Source: Eledone cirrhosa (lineage: Eukaryota). From it: a stretch of DNA of 64,000 nt. Made by a program: the position numbers and the translations under genes. Positions 51,765-64,000 of the stretch are shown here, piece by piece; position 1 is the first letter of the stretch, and each line of letters starts with the position of its first letter. The notes under the pieces were generated by a model. It ran no database searches. It had not been told where the DNA came from and saw only the letters and a list, made by a program, of their open reading frames with translations. The DNA lies in assembly GCA_964016885.1 (NCBI GenBank), contig CAXHJY010000239.1, forward strand, positions 1 to 64,000, written 5' to 3'.

Positions 51765-51967
51765 TTGAAACACATTTACAAACATATATACACACCTGCA
51801 ACCACACAAACAAAAATATTTGATCCACATATGTACATGCACCTGTATGTATGCACATTTATATATACATATATACACCCTATAGTACAGTACAGTATCT
51901 ACACATTAACTCTCAAACACATATACACACACAGATTTCAAGCATATGTCTTTAGAAATCAGCATCG

Positions 51968-52022
<55 letters not shown>

Positions 52023-53261
52023 CTTTCTCTCTCTCTCTATATATATATATATATGTATATATATAATGATGATAATTGTTTCTACGTTTGGCACAAGGCC
52101 AGCAATTACCCAGTACATTACTGGTTCTTTATTTTATTGACTCCATAAGGATGAAAGGCAAAGTTAACCTTGGCGGGATTTGAACTCAGAATGGCAAGGG
52201 CCGTAACTCTATACATCAAAGCATAGCGTCCGACCCTCTACCGATACTGCCAATCCACCATAATGATATATATATGTATATATATATATAAAGTATTTAC
52301 ACACAAATATAAAAGTACACGTGCACATACATACGTTCAAACATCTGCAATGTACACATATGTACTGACAAACACATACATTCTCAGATAAATACATGCA
52401 TATACAAGTTAAATAGGAAGCCCTTGCATAGACACTTGGCTTGCTAGAAATAGCAGCCCAAAATCCTTTAAATCTCACTCCCCATACCATCTTAGGAAAT
52501 GAAGGAGACATTAGAGAATGTAGTCCTAGGTACATTATGCCTAAATAAAAGACAGGAAAGACATAGCTGATGTGCTTCTGATCATAGGTCTACTAAATCA
52601 GAAATGTCCTGAGCTAAACGTCTTCCTATATACATATACTAAAAAATAGACAAACATACCATTATGCAAACACATTTATGTGTGTTTGCATAATGGTATA
52701 TAAATCATCATCATCATCATTTAATGTCTATTTTCCATAAACAAAAAACAATACAGGGAAATGATACAAAACAATGAAGATATATATATATTAGTTTAAC
52801 GTTTGGTATAGTAGGAAAAGTTATAAAGTTTTGGACGTTGGTCCTTCATCATATGTTAAAATAAAAGATAAAAGAAAGAAATAGAAAGATAGACAAGAGT
52901 AAGAAGAGCAAAGAAAAAACGTTTCTGGAGGTAAAGCACATATCATCATCATCGTTGGCATCATCATTATATGTCTGTTTTCCACACTGGCTTCAGTTGA
53001 AGGAGTTGTCATGGTTGGAACAACCCCATCTTGCTCATACATTCCCTCTTTGATATGCCTACATATCTGTATACTCAATGTTGATATTTATATGTATATT
53101 TCCATAGTCTCAGTTAATACTTTGTACTGTATATGTACAGTTACATATTTAACAAATAGTTTGGCAGTTTAGTATAAAATTATACATACATACACATACA
53201 CATACATGCATGCATGCATGCATACATACATACATACACATATATACATGCATATATACAT

Positions 53262-53947
53262 ACCATCCATATTACACTTTGTTTACAGTAACCACACAGT
53301 CCGCTTCGTTTCTTGTAATTTGTATTTACCGCGGTGACCCCCCCCCCTCCTCTACCTGTTTTGCTCAATTTGTTGTCCCACCACGCTTTCATATCGACTC
53401 TCTCCTTCTCTCTCTTCCTTTTCTCTCTCTCTTTCTCTCCCCCTCTCTCTCTATTCATCTGCTCGTTTTCCACCTGGTTTCACACATGTCGTAAACCCCT
53501 TTTGGATTATCTCCCTTCTCCGTCTGTCTCTCCTTCTCTCTGCACTCACTTTGCTGAGATCGCACAGAAAAACCTCGCTCTGCAGTTATATTGACCACAG
53601 GACTTAAGTCCAATCGGTTCATTGTAACTTATTCTATTTTCTCCTCAGTTACTCACCTGCATGTGCCATTGTCCTGTGTCCCCCTCCATTCAGTTAGTTT
53701 ACTTCGTTTTTTCCTCTTTCCTTTTTTCTCTTTCTTCCTCTCTCTTCACTATCTTTTCTTTCCCTCAAGGCCTTTTGATTGATAAAAGGCCTTGGGCGCG
53801 CTGCTGATTGATTTCGATGTCTAGTTTTAAGTGCTGAAACATCTATAGTGCTGCAGTTAACAGCTGATGAAGGGTTTCTTCTCTTGTTTCGTCCATATTA
53901 CCATCTTACACTTTACAGTAACCACACAGCCTGCTTCGTTTCTTGTA
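53262..53947 (+). mobile_element. Unclassified ~690-bp element bounded by ~50-bp direct repeats, within (TACA)n
   Basis: TTTACAGTAACCACACAG..GCTTCGTTTCTTGTA at both ends. Confidence 0.5.
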
Positions 53948-54544
53948 CATATTTGTACATATATATATACATATATACATACATGCATACACATATATAC
54001 GTGCATATACATATATGTTTACATGCTCACATACATACATATACATATATGTGCATATACATACACGCATACATACACATATATATGTGCATATGCATAC
54101 ATATATACTCATACACACAGACATACATGTAGGTGGTGAATAGACTTTCATTTGAATATCAGTTAGGATGCCTTGAGGTATATGTTTCGGATCTCAGCTC
54201 TCTGAGTTTAAATCTTACCACGGTCAACTTTGTCTTTTATCCATTTAAAACCGATAAATGAAGTACAAGGGATCAATTCTCTTTCTCTCTCTCTATCTCT
54301 CTTTTTTTCTCGTCTTTCCCTCCCTCTCCCCCTCTCTCTCTTTTTCTGAGAAGAAGAAGAGATTGGGGTTATCTCTGCACAAAAATAGGTTTCACCAGGG
54401 TTTTTTAAAGATGCACCAGACATGCTGTATGTCATGGCAGCAGGCTTATGATAGATGGATGGATACACACACACATATATAAATTCATTCAAGTATACAT
54501 ACATACATACACATATGTATGCATGCATACATACATACATATAT

Positions 54545-54870
54545 GGTGGCTGCCAACTCATTTCCGAGTACGGCCACTACTTTATATCCATGTAGGAGAA
54601 CCCCTACCGATATGCTGAACGAGTGTGACTTTTTAGTCCAGCCAGCGACTTGAAAACTCTGGTACAAACACTACACTTGTGACAATTATTGACACATAGT
54701 GCTGGGCCCATGGTACCATGTGACGACAAGTGCAGAGAGATCTCCAGATATAAAGCAATGCCTGTGTCGTGAAGCTTTTATAGTGAGCAAAGGCACTGCA
54801 CAAAGCCAGTCCCACTCTCTTAACCGAGATGATATTTACCAAAGAGAAGAACAAGTCAACATCATTGGAT
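54545..54870 (-). mobile_element. RTE LINE 3' end with C-terminal C2H2-like finger
   Basis: Minus frame encodes CSVCTRVFKSLAGLKSHTR. Confidence 0.65.
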
Positions 54871-55990
54871 AATATATACATATATACATACATATATATA
54901 CATACATACATAAATGCATACTTATATACATACATATACATATGCATACATACATGCATGCATGCATACATACATACATGCATGCATGTATACATACATA
55001 CTTACTTACATACATATATACGTACATATATACATGCATACATACACATGCATCCATGCACATATACATACATACTTTGACCTACATACGTCCACATACT
55101 GGCATACACATACCACAATGTAAGCACACAGATACACACACATTATGCAAACACAAACGCACATAGCATTACAAAGCATATACACACATTGACAAAGGCA
55201 TACATATACACATGCATGTGGGTGCATCAGAAGCTGTTACAGTTTGTTTTCTCATTTTTTTTCTCTGTCAGAGTGATCCACTGTCTCTTCTTCAACGAAT
55301 AACAAACAGCTGTTAACACATATATACACATCTACATACACACACACACACATATACACACATACACACACGCATAAACATACACACACATCAGGCGTAC
55401 ACATACACACACACATTCACACATATACACACACTTGCACATGTACATACACGCACATGCATACACATACACATACATCTGCATGCATACACACACATTC
55501 ACTAACACACACGCACACACACACACATACCCATACACACATACACACACACACACATGCACATACACATACACATACACATACACACATTCACACATAC
55601 ACAAGCACACAAACATACATATGTATATACGCATCCATACACATGCACACACACACACACACACAGATACGCAAAAAACACACATGAATACACATACATA
55701 CACATACACTACACACATACATGAGCACACACACACATGAGCACACACACACACATGCACAAATATATGTCCCTAGATGTTCACATACACAACTTTACAT
55801 GTTCATATGCAAATATACATGTGTAGGTTCTCACATGCTCACACATATCCTTACGTATACATATATGCACACATGCAGACAACACACACACCGTCCCCAG
55901 ATGTACACATACACATCTCCACATATTCATACATACATACACATGCATGAGCCCTCACAACCACACATACATCCACACACACATACACAC
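54871..55990. repeat. Degenerate (CA/TA/TACA)n low-complexity region
   Basis: Read directly from the sequence. Confidence 0.85.
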
Positions 55991-56178
55991 ATAAAAGCAT
56001 TCAGAACCAGAACAAAATAAATTTCTGCATGTGTTTTCAATTTAAAGAAATTATCAGGGAGATCTAAGTTTTTATCCATTCTAATATTTTCCAAGGTTCA
56101 GATGGTTCCGGAATATATTTATTTTATTTCACATAATTACCATCATTATTGTTATTTTTATTGTTGTTGTTGTTGTTG

Positions 56179-56221
<43 letters not shown>

Positions 56222-56265
56222 TAGCAGGGAAAGCGGACATTAAAATGAGAATGATGATGATGATG

Positions 56266-56299
<34 letters not shown>

Positions 56300-57987
56300 A
56301 TGTGTGTAAATGTATCTATGTATATAAGTATATATTATATATATGTATATATACACACACACACAAATATTTATATAGTAGATATATATATTTCTAGAGA
56401 GGCATATGGAAAGAACAGCTATACACGTGTGAGCTTGTACACACACACACACACACACATGTATATATATATATAGTCCAATCCATGCCAGCATGGATAA
56501 ATTATGTTAAATTATGATGATGGTGATAATATATATGTATAAATTAAGAGAGAGAGAGAGAGATAATTATGTAGATATATAGATATGCACATGTATGTAT
56601 GTATGTAGTGTGTGTGTGTCTATGAGGATTTCCCCACCACCCCTTATTACTCTAACTTACCTTAATGATGATGATCTTGAAAGGTATGAAAATATAGAGA
56701 TTTCATCTATTTTTCAGATCTCTTATCTATATCTCCTCTGTGCTCCCCTTTCGCTACTTAAAAGACATTGCACCAAAGCAGTCAGCCCTCTTTATACACA
56801 TTTCATTATGGAATTAGTTGAACAAAGACACCATAATTTAAAACAGAAATCTGTTATTGTCTTCATTTCAGTTTATTCTGTTTATGTTATCTTAAGAGAT
56901 ACTTTATAAAATAATGTTAGCTTTACTCTGAAAACATTTCTTTTCTTTGTTTATTTCTTTTGTCTTTTTTTCTTTATAAAATGTTAGCGTTAGCCAGGCC
57001 AAGTTCCTCTGATGTGGGGCCTATAACTTTCATCTTAACCAAGCCATAGGATAAACTTATGGTATATAAAAAAAGTAAATGGATCTCTGTCAGTCTCAAT
57101 GATGAATATTGTAGCTCCATCAACTGAACTACCTATTTATTGTATTAACATCCAAGTGGTTGAGTATTCCAAGACACGTATACCCATAACGTAATTCTCA
57201 AGTAGGAATTATTGCGGGACAAGATTGGAATTTGAATTAGATGCCAATTATGCAATGTAGTAGTAGTCACTGCAGAGTAATATAGAAACTGTGTGTTGTG
57301 ATAGCTACAGCCTGACAATGTCCTTCTCCTTCATACCAGTAATTGGAGCAGGTTGATTTTTGTTTAACTGAGAAGGCCAAGGTAGGCTTTTAAAGGACGT
57401 GTTTGATTTTAATTTGTAGCTGGTGTGGTATGGTATGATGGGTAGGGTTCATTGTAGGATTATGATTTGTGTTTACTTGAGTTCATGGAGAGCATGGGTT
57501 TGGTTTAGATTTGTTTATGTTCTAGTTAAGGTATATATGGTTTTAGTTTTATATATGTGTATAATGTATCTGCACAGTTTCCATATATCCAATTTTATCC
57601 ACAATGTTTGGATCAACTTAAGACTATGGTAGAAGACACTTGCCTATGTCATCATGAAATGAAATTAATGTGAGACTTCATGAGTGCTGCAGCTACATTT
57701 TGTGAAGTTAGTGATTTAGTGAGGCAATTAACTCAAACTAATTATCTTCAGACACGGATTGAAAGAAAGGAGACAGATTTGTCTGCAACACATATATTAA
57801 TAAGGATTTCAAATTTATGCACGAAACAAGAAAATAGGGAAAGGGCAATGTTGATTAAATTAAGCCCAGTACTTGATTAATACTTTATTTTATTGACCCC
57901 CAGAAGGATGAAAAGCAAAAGTAACCTTTGGCAAGATTCAAACTCAGTATGTAAAGAGCCAGATCAAATACTGATTAAGCATTGGAC

Positions 57988-58194
57988 CAGTGGTTCTCAA
58001 CGTTTTTTGCCAATGGCACACCTTGGAACACATCAAAAGATAGCGACACACCTGGCTAAATATATATGAAAAATAATATTTTTCATATATATTTATTAAC
58101 TGTTTCATATATAATATTTTTGTTCTTAGTGTGCCGTTCAAAATTTTGCGGCACACCTAGGAAGATCTCGCGGCACACTGGTTGAGAATCACTG
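57988..58194. mobile_element. hAT (Charlie-like) MITE
   Basis: TIR CAGTGGTTCTCAAC / GTTGAGAATCACTG; 8-bp TSD CATTGGAC / CAATGGAC with one mismatch; adjoins a SINE. Confidence 0.88.
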
Positions 58195-58437
58195 CAATGG
58201 ACAAATGCATGAATAGAAAGAACTCATGAAAATGTAGGAAAATATTACACAACAGGATGAAATACCATAACTCAGATTACATTACTGCTGATTAACTACA
58301 ACCTTCCCTCACAATTGAGTAGAACTTGGTAGTATCTAACATGCATTCGATAAAGATTGTAAGTACCCATGAGTTGCAAGAAGACATAGATGCCATCTCG
58401 TCTCACCAAATATTGATCTTGTAGAACATCCAGGATG

Positions 58438-61400
58438 TGATATTGTTGATACAATATTGTTATGACATTGTTGGTATGACATAGTTACTGTGACATTTTT
58501 ATGACATTGTTGGTATGACATTGTTGATATGACATTGTTGGTATGACATTGTTACTGTGACATTGTTGTTATGACATTGTTGGTATGACATTGTTGAGAT
58601 GACATTGTTGGTATGGCATTGTTGTTATGACATTGTTGGTATGACATTGTTCATATGACATTGTTGGTATGACATTGTTGGTATCACATTTGTTGTATGA
58701 CATTGTTGGTATGACATTGTTACTGTGACATTGTTATGACATTGTTGGTATGACATTGTTGAGATGACATTATGGTATGGCATTGTTATGACATTGTTGG
58801 TATGACATTGTTGGTATGACATTGTTGAGATGACATTGTTGGTATGACATTGTTGAGATGACATTGTTGGTATGACATTGTTGAGATGACATTGTTAATG
58901 TGACATTGTTGGTATGACACTGTTAGTATGACATTGTTGGCATGACATTGTTGGTATGACATTGTTGGTATGACATTGTTGGTATGACATTGTTGGTATG
59001 ACATTGTTGGTATGACATTGTTGTTATGACATTGTTGGTATGACATTGTTGAGATGACATTGTTGGTATGACATTGTTGAGATGACATTGTTAATGTGAC
59101 ATTGTTGGTATGACACTGTTAGTATGACATTGTTGGCATGACATTGTTGGTATGACATTGTTGGTATGACATTGTTGTTATGACATTGTTGGTATGACAT
59201 TGTTGGTATGACATTGTTGGTATGACATTGTTGGTATGACATTGTTGGTATGACATTGTTGGTATGACATTGTTAATGTGACATTGTTGGTATGACACTG
59301 TTAGTATGACATTGTTGGCATGACATTGTTGGCATGACATTGTTGGTATGACATTGTTGGTATGACATTGTTGGTATGACATTGTTGGTATGACATTGTT
59401 GGTATGACATTGTTGAGATGACATTGTTGGTATGACATTGTTGAGATGACATTGTTAATGTGACATTGTTGGTATGACACTGTTAGTATGACATTGTTGG
59501 CATGACATTGTTGGCATGACATTGTTGGTATGACATTGTTGGTATGACATTGTTGGTATGACATTGTTGTTATGACATTGTTGAGATGACATTGTTGAGA
59601 TGACATTGTTGAGATGACATTGTTGGTATGACATTGTTGGTATGACATTGTTGTTATGACATTGTTGGTATGACATTGTTGTATGACATTCTTGTATGAC
59701 ATTGTTGGTATGACATTGTTCATATGACATTGTTTATATGACATTGTTGGTATGACATTGTTCATATGACATTGTTTATATGACATTGTTGGTATGACAT
59801 TGTTGGTATGACATTGTTGAGATGACATTGTTGAGATGACATTGTTGAGATGACATTGTTAATGTGACATTGTTGGTATGACACTGTTAGTATGACATCG
59901 TTGGCATGACATTGTTGGTATGACATTGTTGGTATGACATTGTTGGTATGACATTGTTGGTATGACATTGTTGTATGACATTCTTGTATGACATTGTTGG
60001 TATGACATTGTTCATATGACATTGTTTATATGACATTGTTGGTATGACATTGTTCATATGACATTGTTTATATGACATTGTTGGTATGACATTGTTGGTA
60101 TGACATTGTTGGTATGACACTGTTATGACACTGTTGTTATGATATTGTTAGTATGATATTGTTGATATGGCATTGTTGATATGACATTGTTTGTATGACA
60201 TTGTTACTGTGACATTGTTGGTATGACATTGTTGGTATGACATTGTTACTGTGACATTGTTGAGATGACATTGTTGATATGACATTGTTGGTATGACATT
60301 GTTGGTATGACATTGTTGGTATGACCTTGTTCTTATGACATTGCTAGTATGACATTGTTGGTATGACATTGTTGGCATGACATTGTTGGTATGACATTGT
60401 TGGTATGACATTGTTGGTATGACACTGTTAGTATGACATTGTTGGCATGACATTGTTGGCATGACATTGTTGGTATGACATTGTTGGTATGACATTGTTG
60501 GTATGACATTGTTGGTATGACATTGTTGGCATGACATTGTTGGTATGACATTGTTGGTATGACATTGTTGGTATGACCTTGTTCTTATGACATTGCTAGT
60601 ATGACATTGTTGGTATGACATTGTTGGCATGACATTGTTGGTATGACATTGTTGGTATGACATTGTTGGTATGACATTGTTGATATGACATTGTTGTTAT
60701 GACATTGTTGGTATGACATTGTTGGTATGACATTGTTGTTATGACATTGTTGGGATGACATTGTTGGTATGACATTGTTGGTATGACATTGTTGGTATGA
60801 CATTGTTGGTATGACATTGTTGGTATGACATTGTTGGTATGACATTGTTGATATGACATTGTTGGTATGACATTGTTGGTATGACATTGTTGGCATGACA
60901 TTGTTGGTATGACATTGTTGGTATGACATTGTTGTTATGACATTGTTGGTATGACATTGTTGGTATGACATTGTTGATATGACATTGTTGATATGACATT
61001 GTTGGTATGACATTGTTGATATGACATTGTTGGTATGACATTGTTGGTATGACATTGTTGTTATGACATTGTTGGTATGACATTGTTGGTATGACATTGT
61101 TGGCATGACATTGTTGGCATGACATTGTTGGCATGACATTGTTGGTATGACATTGTTGGTATGACATTGTTGGTATGACATTGTTGGTATGACATTGTTG
61201 ATATGACATTGTTGATATGACATTGTTGGTATGACATTGTTGGTATGACATTGTTGGTATGACATTGTTGGCATGACATTGTTGGCATGACATTGTTGGT
61301 ATGACATTGTTGGTATGACATTGTTGGTATGACCTTGTTCTTATGACATTGCTAGTATGACATTGTTGGTATGACATTGTTGGCATGACATTGTTGGTAT

Positions 61401-63477
61401 GGCATTGTTGATATGACATTGTTGGTATGACATTGTTGGTATGACATTGTTGGTATGACATTATTGGTATGACATTGTTGGTATGACATTGTTGATATGA
61501 CATTGTTGATATGACATTGTTGGTGTGACATTGTTACTGTGACATTGTTGTTATGACATTGTTGGTATGACATTGTTGGTATGACATTGTTACTGCGACA
61601 TTGTTACAGTGACATTGTTGTTATGACATTGTTGGTATGACATTGTTGGTATGACATTGTTGGTATGACATTGTTGGTTTGACATTGTTGGTATGAGAAG
61701 GTTGGTATGACATTGTTGGTATGACAATGTTACTGTGACATTGTTGGTATGACATTGTTAGTATGACACTGTTCATATGACATTATTCATATGACATTAT
61801 TGGTATGACATTGTTGGTATGATATTATGACATTGTTGTTATGACATTCTTGTTATGACATTGTTGTTATGACATTGTTAATGTGACATTGTTGGTATGA
61901 CATTGGTGGTATGACATTGTTATGACATTGTTGGTATGACATTGTTGGTATGACATTGTTGGTATGACATTGTTGATATGACATTGTTGATATGACATTG
62001 TTGGTATGACATTGTTGGTATGACATTGTTGGCATGACATTGTTGGCATGACATTGTTGGCATGACATTGTTGGTATGACATTGTTGGTATGACCTTGTT
62101 CTTATGACATTGCTAGTATGACATTGTTGGTATGACATTGTTGGCATGACATTGTTGGTATGACATTGTTGATATGACATTGTTGGTATGACATTGTTGG
62201 TATGACATTATTGGTATGACATTGTTGATATGACATTGTTGATATGACATTGTTGGTATGACATTGTTACTGTGACATTGTTGTTATGACATTGTTGGTA
62301 TGACATTGTTGGTATGACATTGTTGATATGACATTGTTGGTATGACATTGTTACTGTGACATTGTTACTGTGACATTGTTGTTATGACATTGTTGGTATG
62401 ACATTGTTGGTATGACATTGTTACTGTGACATTGTTATGACATTGTTGGTATGACATTGTTGGTATGACATTGTTGGTTTGACATTGTTGATTTGACATT
62501 GTTGGTATGAGAAGGTTGGTATGACATTGTTGGTATGACATTGTTACTGTGACATTGTTGGTATGACATTGTTAGTATGACACTGTTCATATGACATTAT
62601 TCATATGACATTATTGGTATGACATTGTTGGTATGACATTGTTGGTATGACATTGTTGGTATGACATTGTTGGTATGATATTATGACATTGTTGTTATGA
62701 CATTGTTGTTATGACATTGTTATGACATTGTTGTTATGACATTGTTGTTATGACATTGTTAATGTGACATTGTTGGTATGACATTGGTGGTATGACATTG
62801 TTATGACATTGTTGGTATCACATTGTTAGTATGACATTGTTAGTATGACATTGTTGGTATGACATTGTTAATGTGACATTGTTGGTATGACATTGTTGGT
62901 ATGACATTGTTGGTATGACATTGTTGGTATGACATTGGTAGTATGACATTGTTCGTATGACATTGTTGGTATGACATTGTTGGTATGACCTTGTTCTTAT
63001 GACATTGCTAGTATGACATTGTTGGTATGACATTGTTGGTATGACATTATTAATGTGATATTGTTGGTATGACATTGTTGGTATGACATTGTTCTTATGA
63101 CATTGGTAGTATGACATTGTTCGTATGACATTGTTGGTATGACATTGTTGGTATAACCTTGTTCTTATGACATTGCTAGTATGACATTGTTAGTATGACA
63201 TTGTTGGTATGACATTGTTGGTATAACATTATTAATGTGACATTGTTGGTATGACATTGTTCTTATGACATTGTTGGTATGACATTGTTGGTATAACCTT
63301 GTTCTTATGACATTGCTAGTATGACATTGTTGGTATGACATTGTTGGTATGACATTGTTGGTATAACATTATTAATGTGACATTGTTGGTATGACATTGT
63401 TCTTATGACATTGCTAGTATGGCATTGTTGGTATGACATTGTTGATATGATATTGTTGGTATGATATTGTTGGTGTG
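58438..63477. repeat. ~5-kb tandem array of the 14-bp unit ATGACATTGTTGGT (about 360 units by length)
   Basis: Read directly; the 14-aa periodic translations equal three units. Confidence 0.98.
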
Positions 63478-64000
63478 AAGTATTAGCAATATGGTGCCTA
63501 GTCTCATCGTGTCATCTTTTTTTATGATCTGATGTTTGTTAACTTGAACTCAGACCTGCTGGGCTAGAACAGATACCACAAGGTATACTGTCTGTTGCTT
63601 TAACAATTGTTCGAAGTTACCCCTCTGGACAATCTTAATGGCCTCTGAAAGGTACTTTGGTGGGATTTGTATTTAGAATGAAAAGTACTGGAATAAATAT
63701 TGGAAGGTATTTAATCTGTTGCTCTAATGACTCTGAAACTTTGCTTTTAGTTATTGTTGCTATTGTTTAGTCTTAGGTCAACCTTAATTAAGCAAATGAA
63801 TGACCAAAAGCTTTGCAGCAATGACCATTCCATCTTTTTAGGGAACTACATTAAATAATTTCCTAGTTTAAGAAGGCTAGGGTTTGATTTGAGTAGGATT
63901 TGACTGCTACTTCTAGCAGGTTGTGCAAGTATATAAATGTTCCCTTCTTGGTTTGCAGACTGTTTAGTTGTAATAGATGCTTACAAAGTCTATAAAACTA

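Noticed and set aside
58336-63117. Repetitive MSYQQCHTNNVIPT ORFs on minus
   Set aside because: The 14-bp unit is not a multiple of three and has no minus-strand stop, so the same peptide appears in all frames; variant units introduce stops freely.
58438-63477. CRISPR-like array
   Set aside because: Contiguous 14-bp units with no unique spacers, in eukaryotic DNA with no cas genes.

Overview
AT-rich, microsatellite-laden eukaryotic DNA. The repeat content suggests an animal, plausibly an octopod cephalopod (inference only). I could not support any host gene exon. The window is a mosaic of transposable elements: a young RTE-clade LINE present as a near-full-length copy with an uninterrupted ORF (APE endonuclease, RT, and a C4HC3 PHD-type finger inserted inside the RT) and as a 5'-truncated inverted copy; older RTE, CR1 and CRE-like LINE fragments; an internally deleted mariner with long TIRs; several MITE families; many tRNA-derived SINEs, some in head-to-tail arrays; and a ~5 kb 14-bp satellite. 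The most notable signal is a set of unrelated short non-coding elements inserted in (TA)n tracts. Several carry hammerhead-ribozyme (HHR) core motifs, one behind a tRNA-like head, and several share a Penelope-like architecture of an inverted truncated arm plus an arm with an extra tail. All calls come from reading the sequence by eye; boundaries of degraded elements are approximate.
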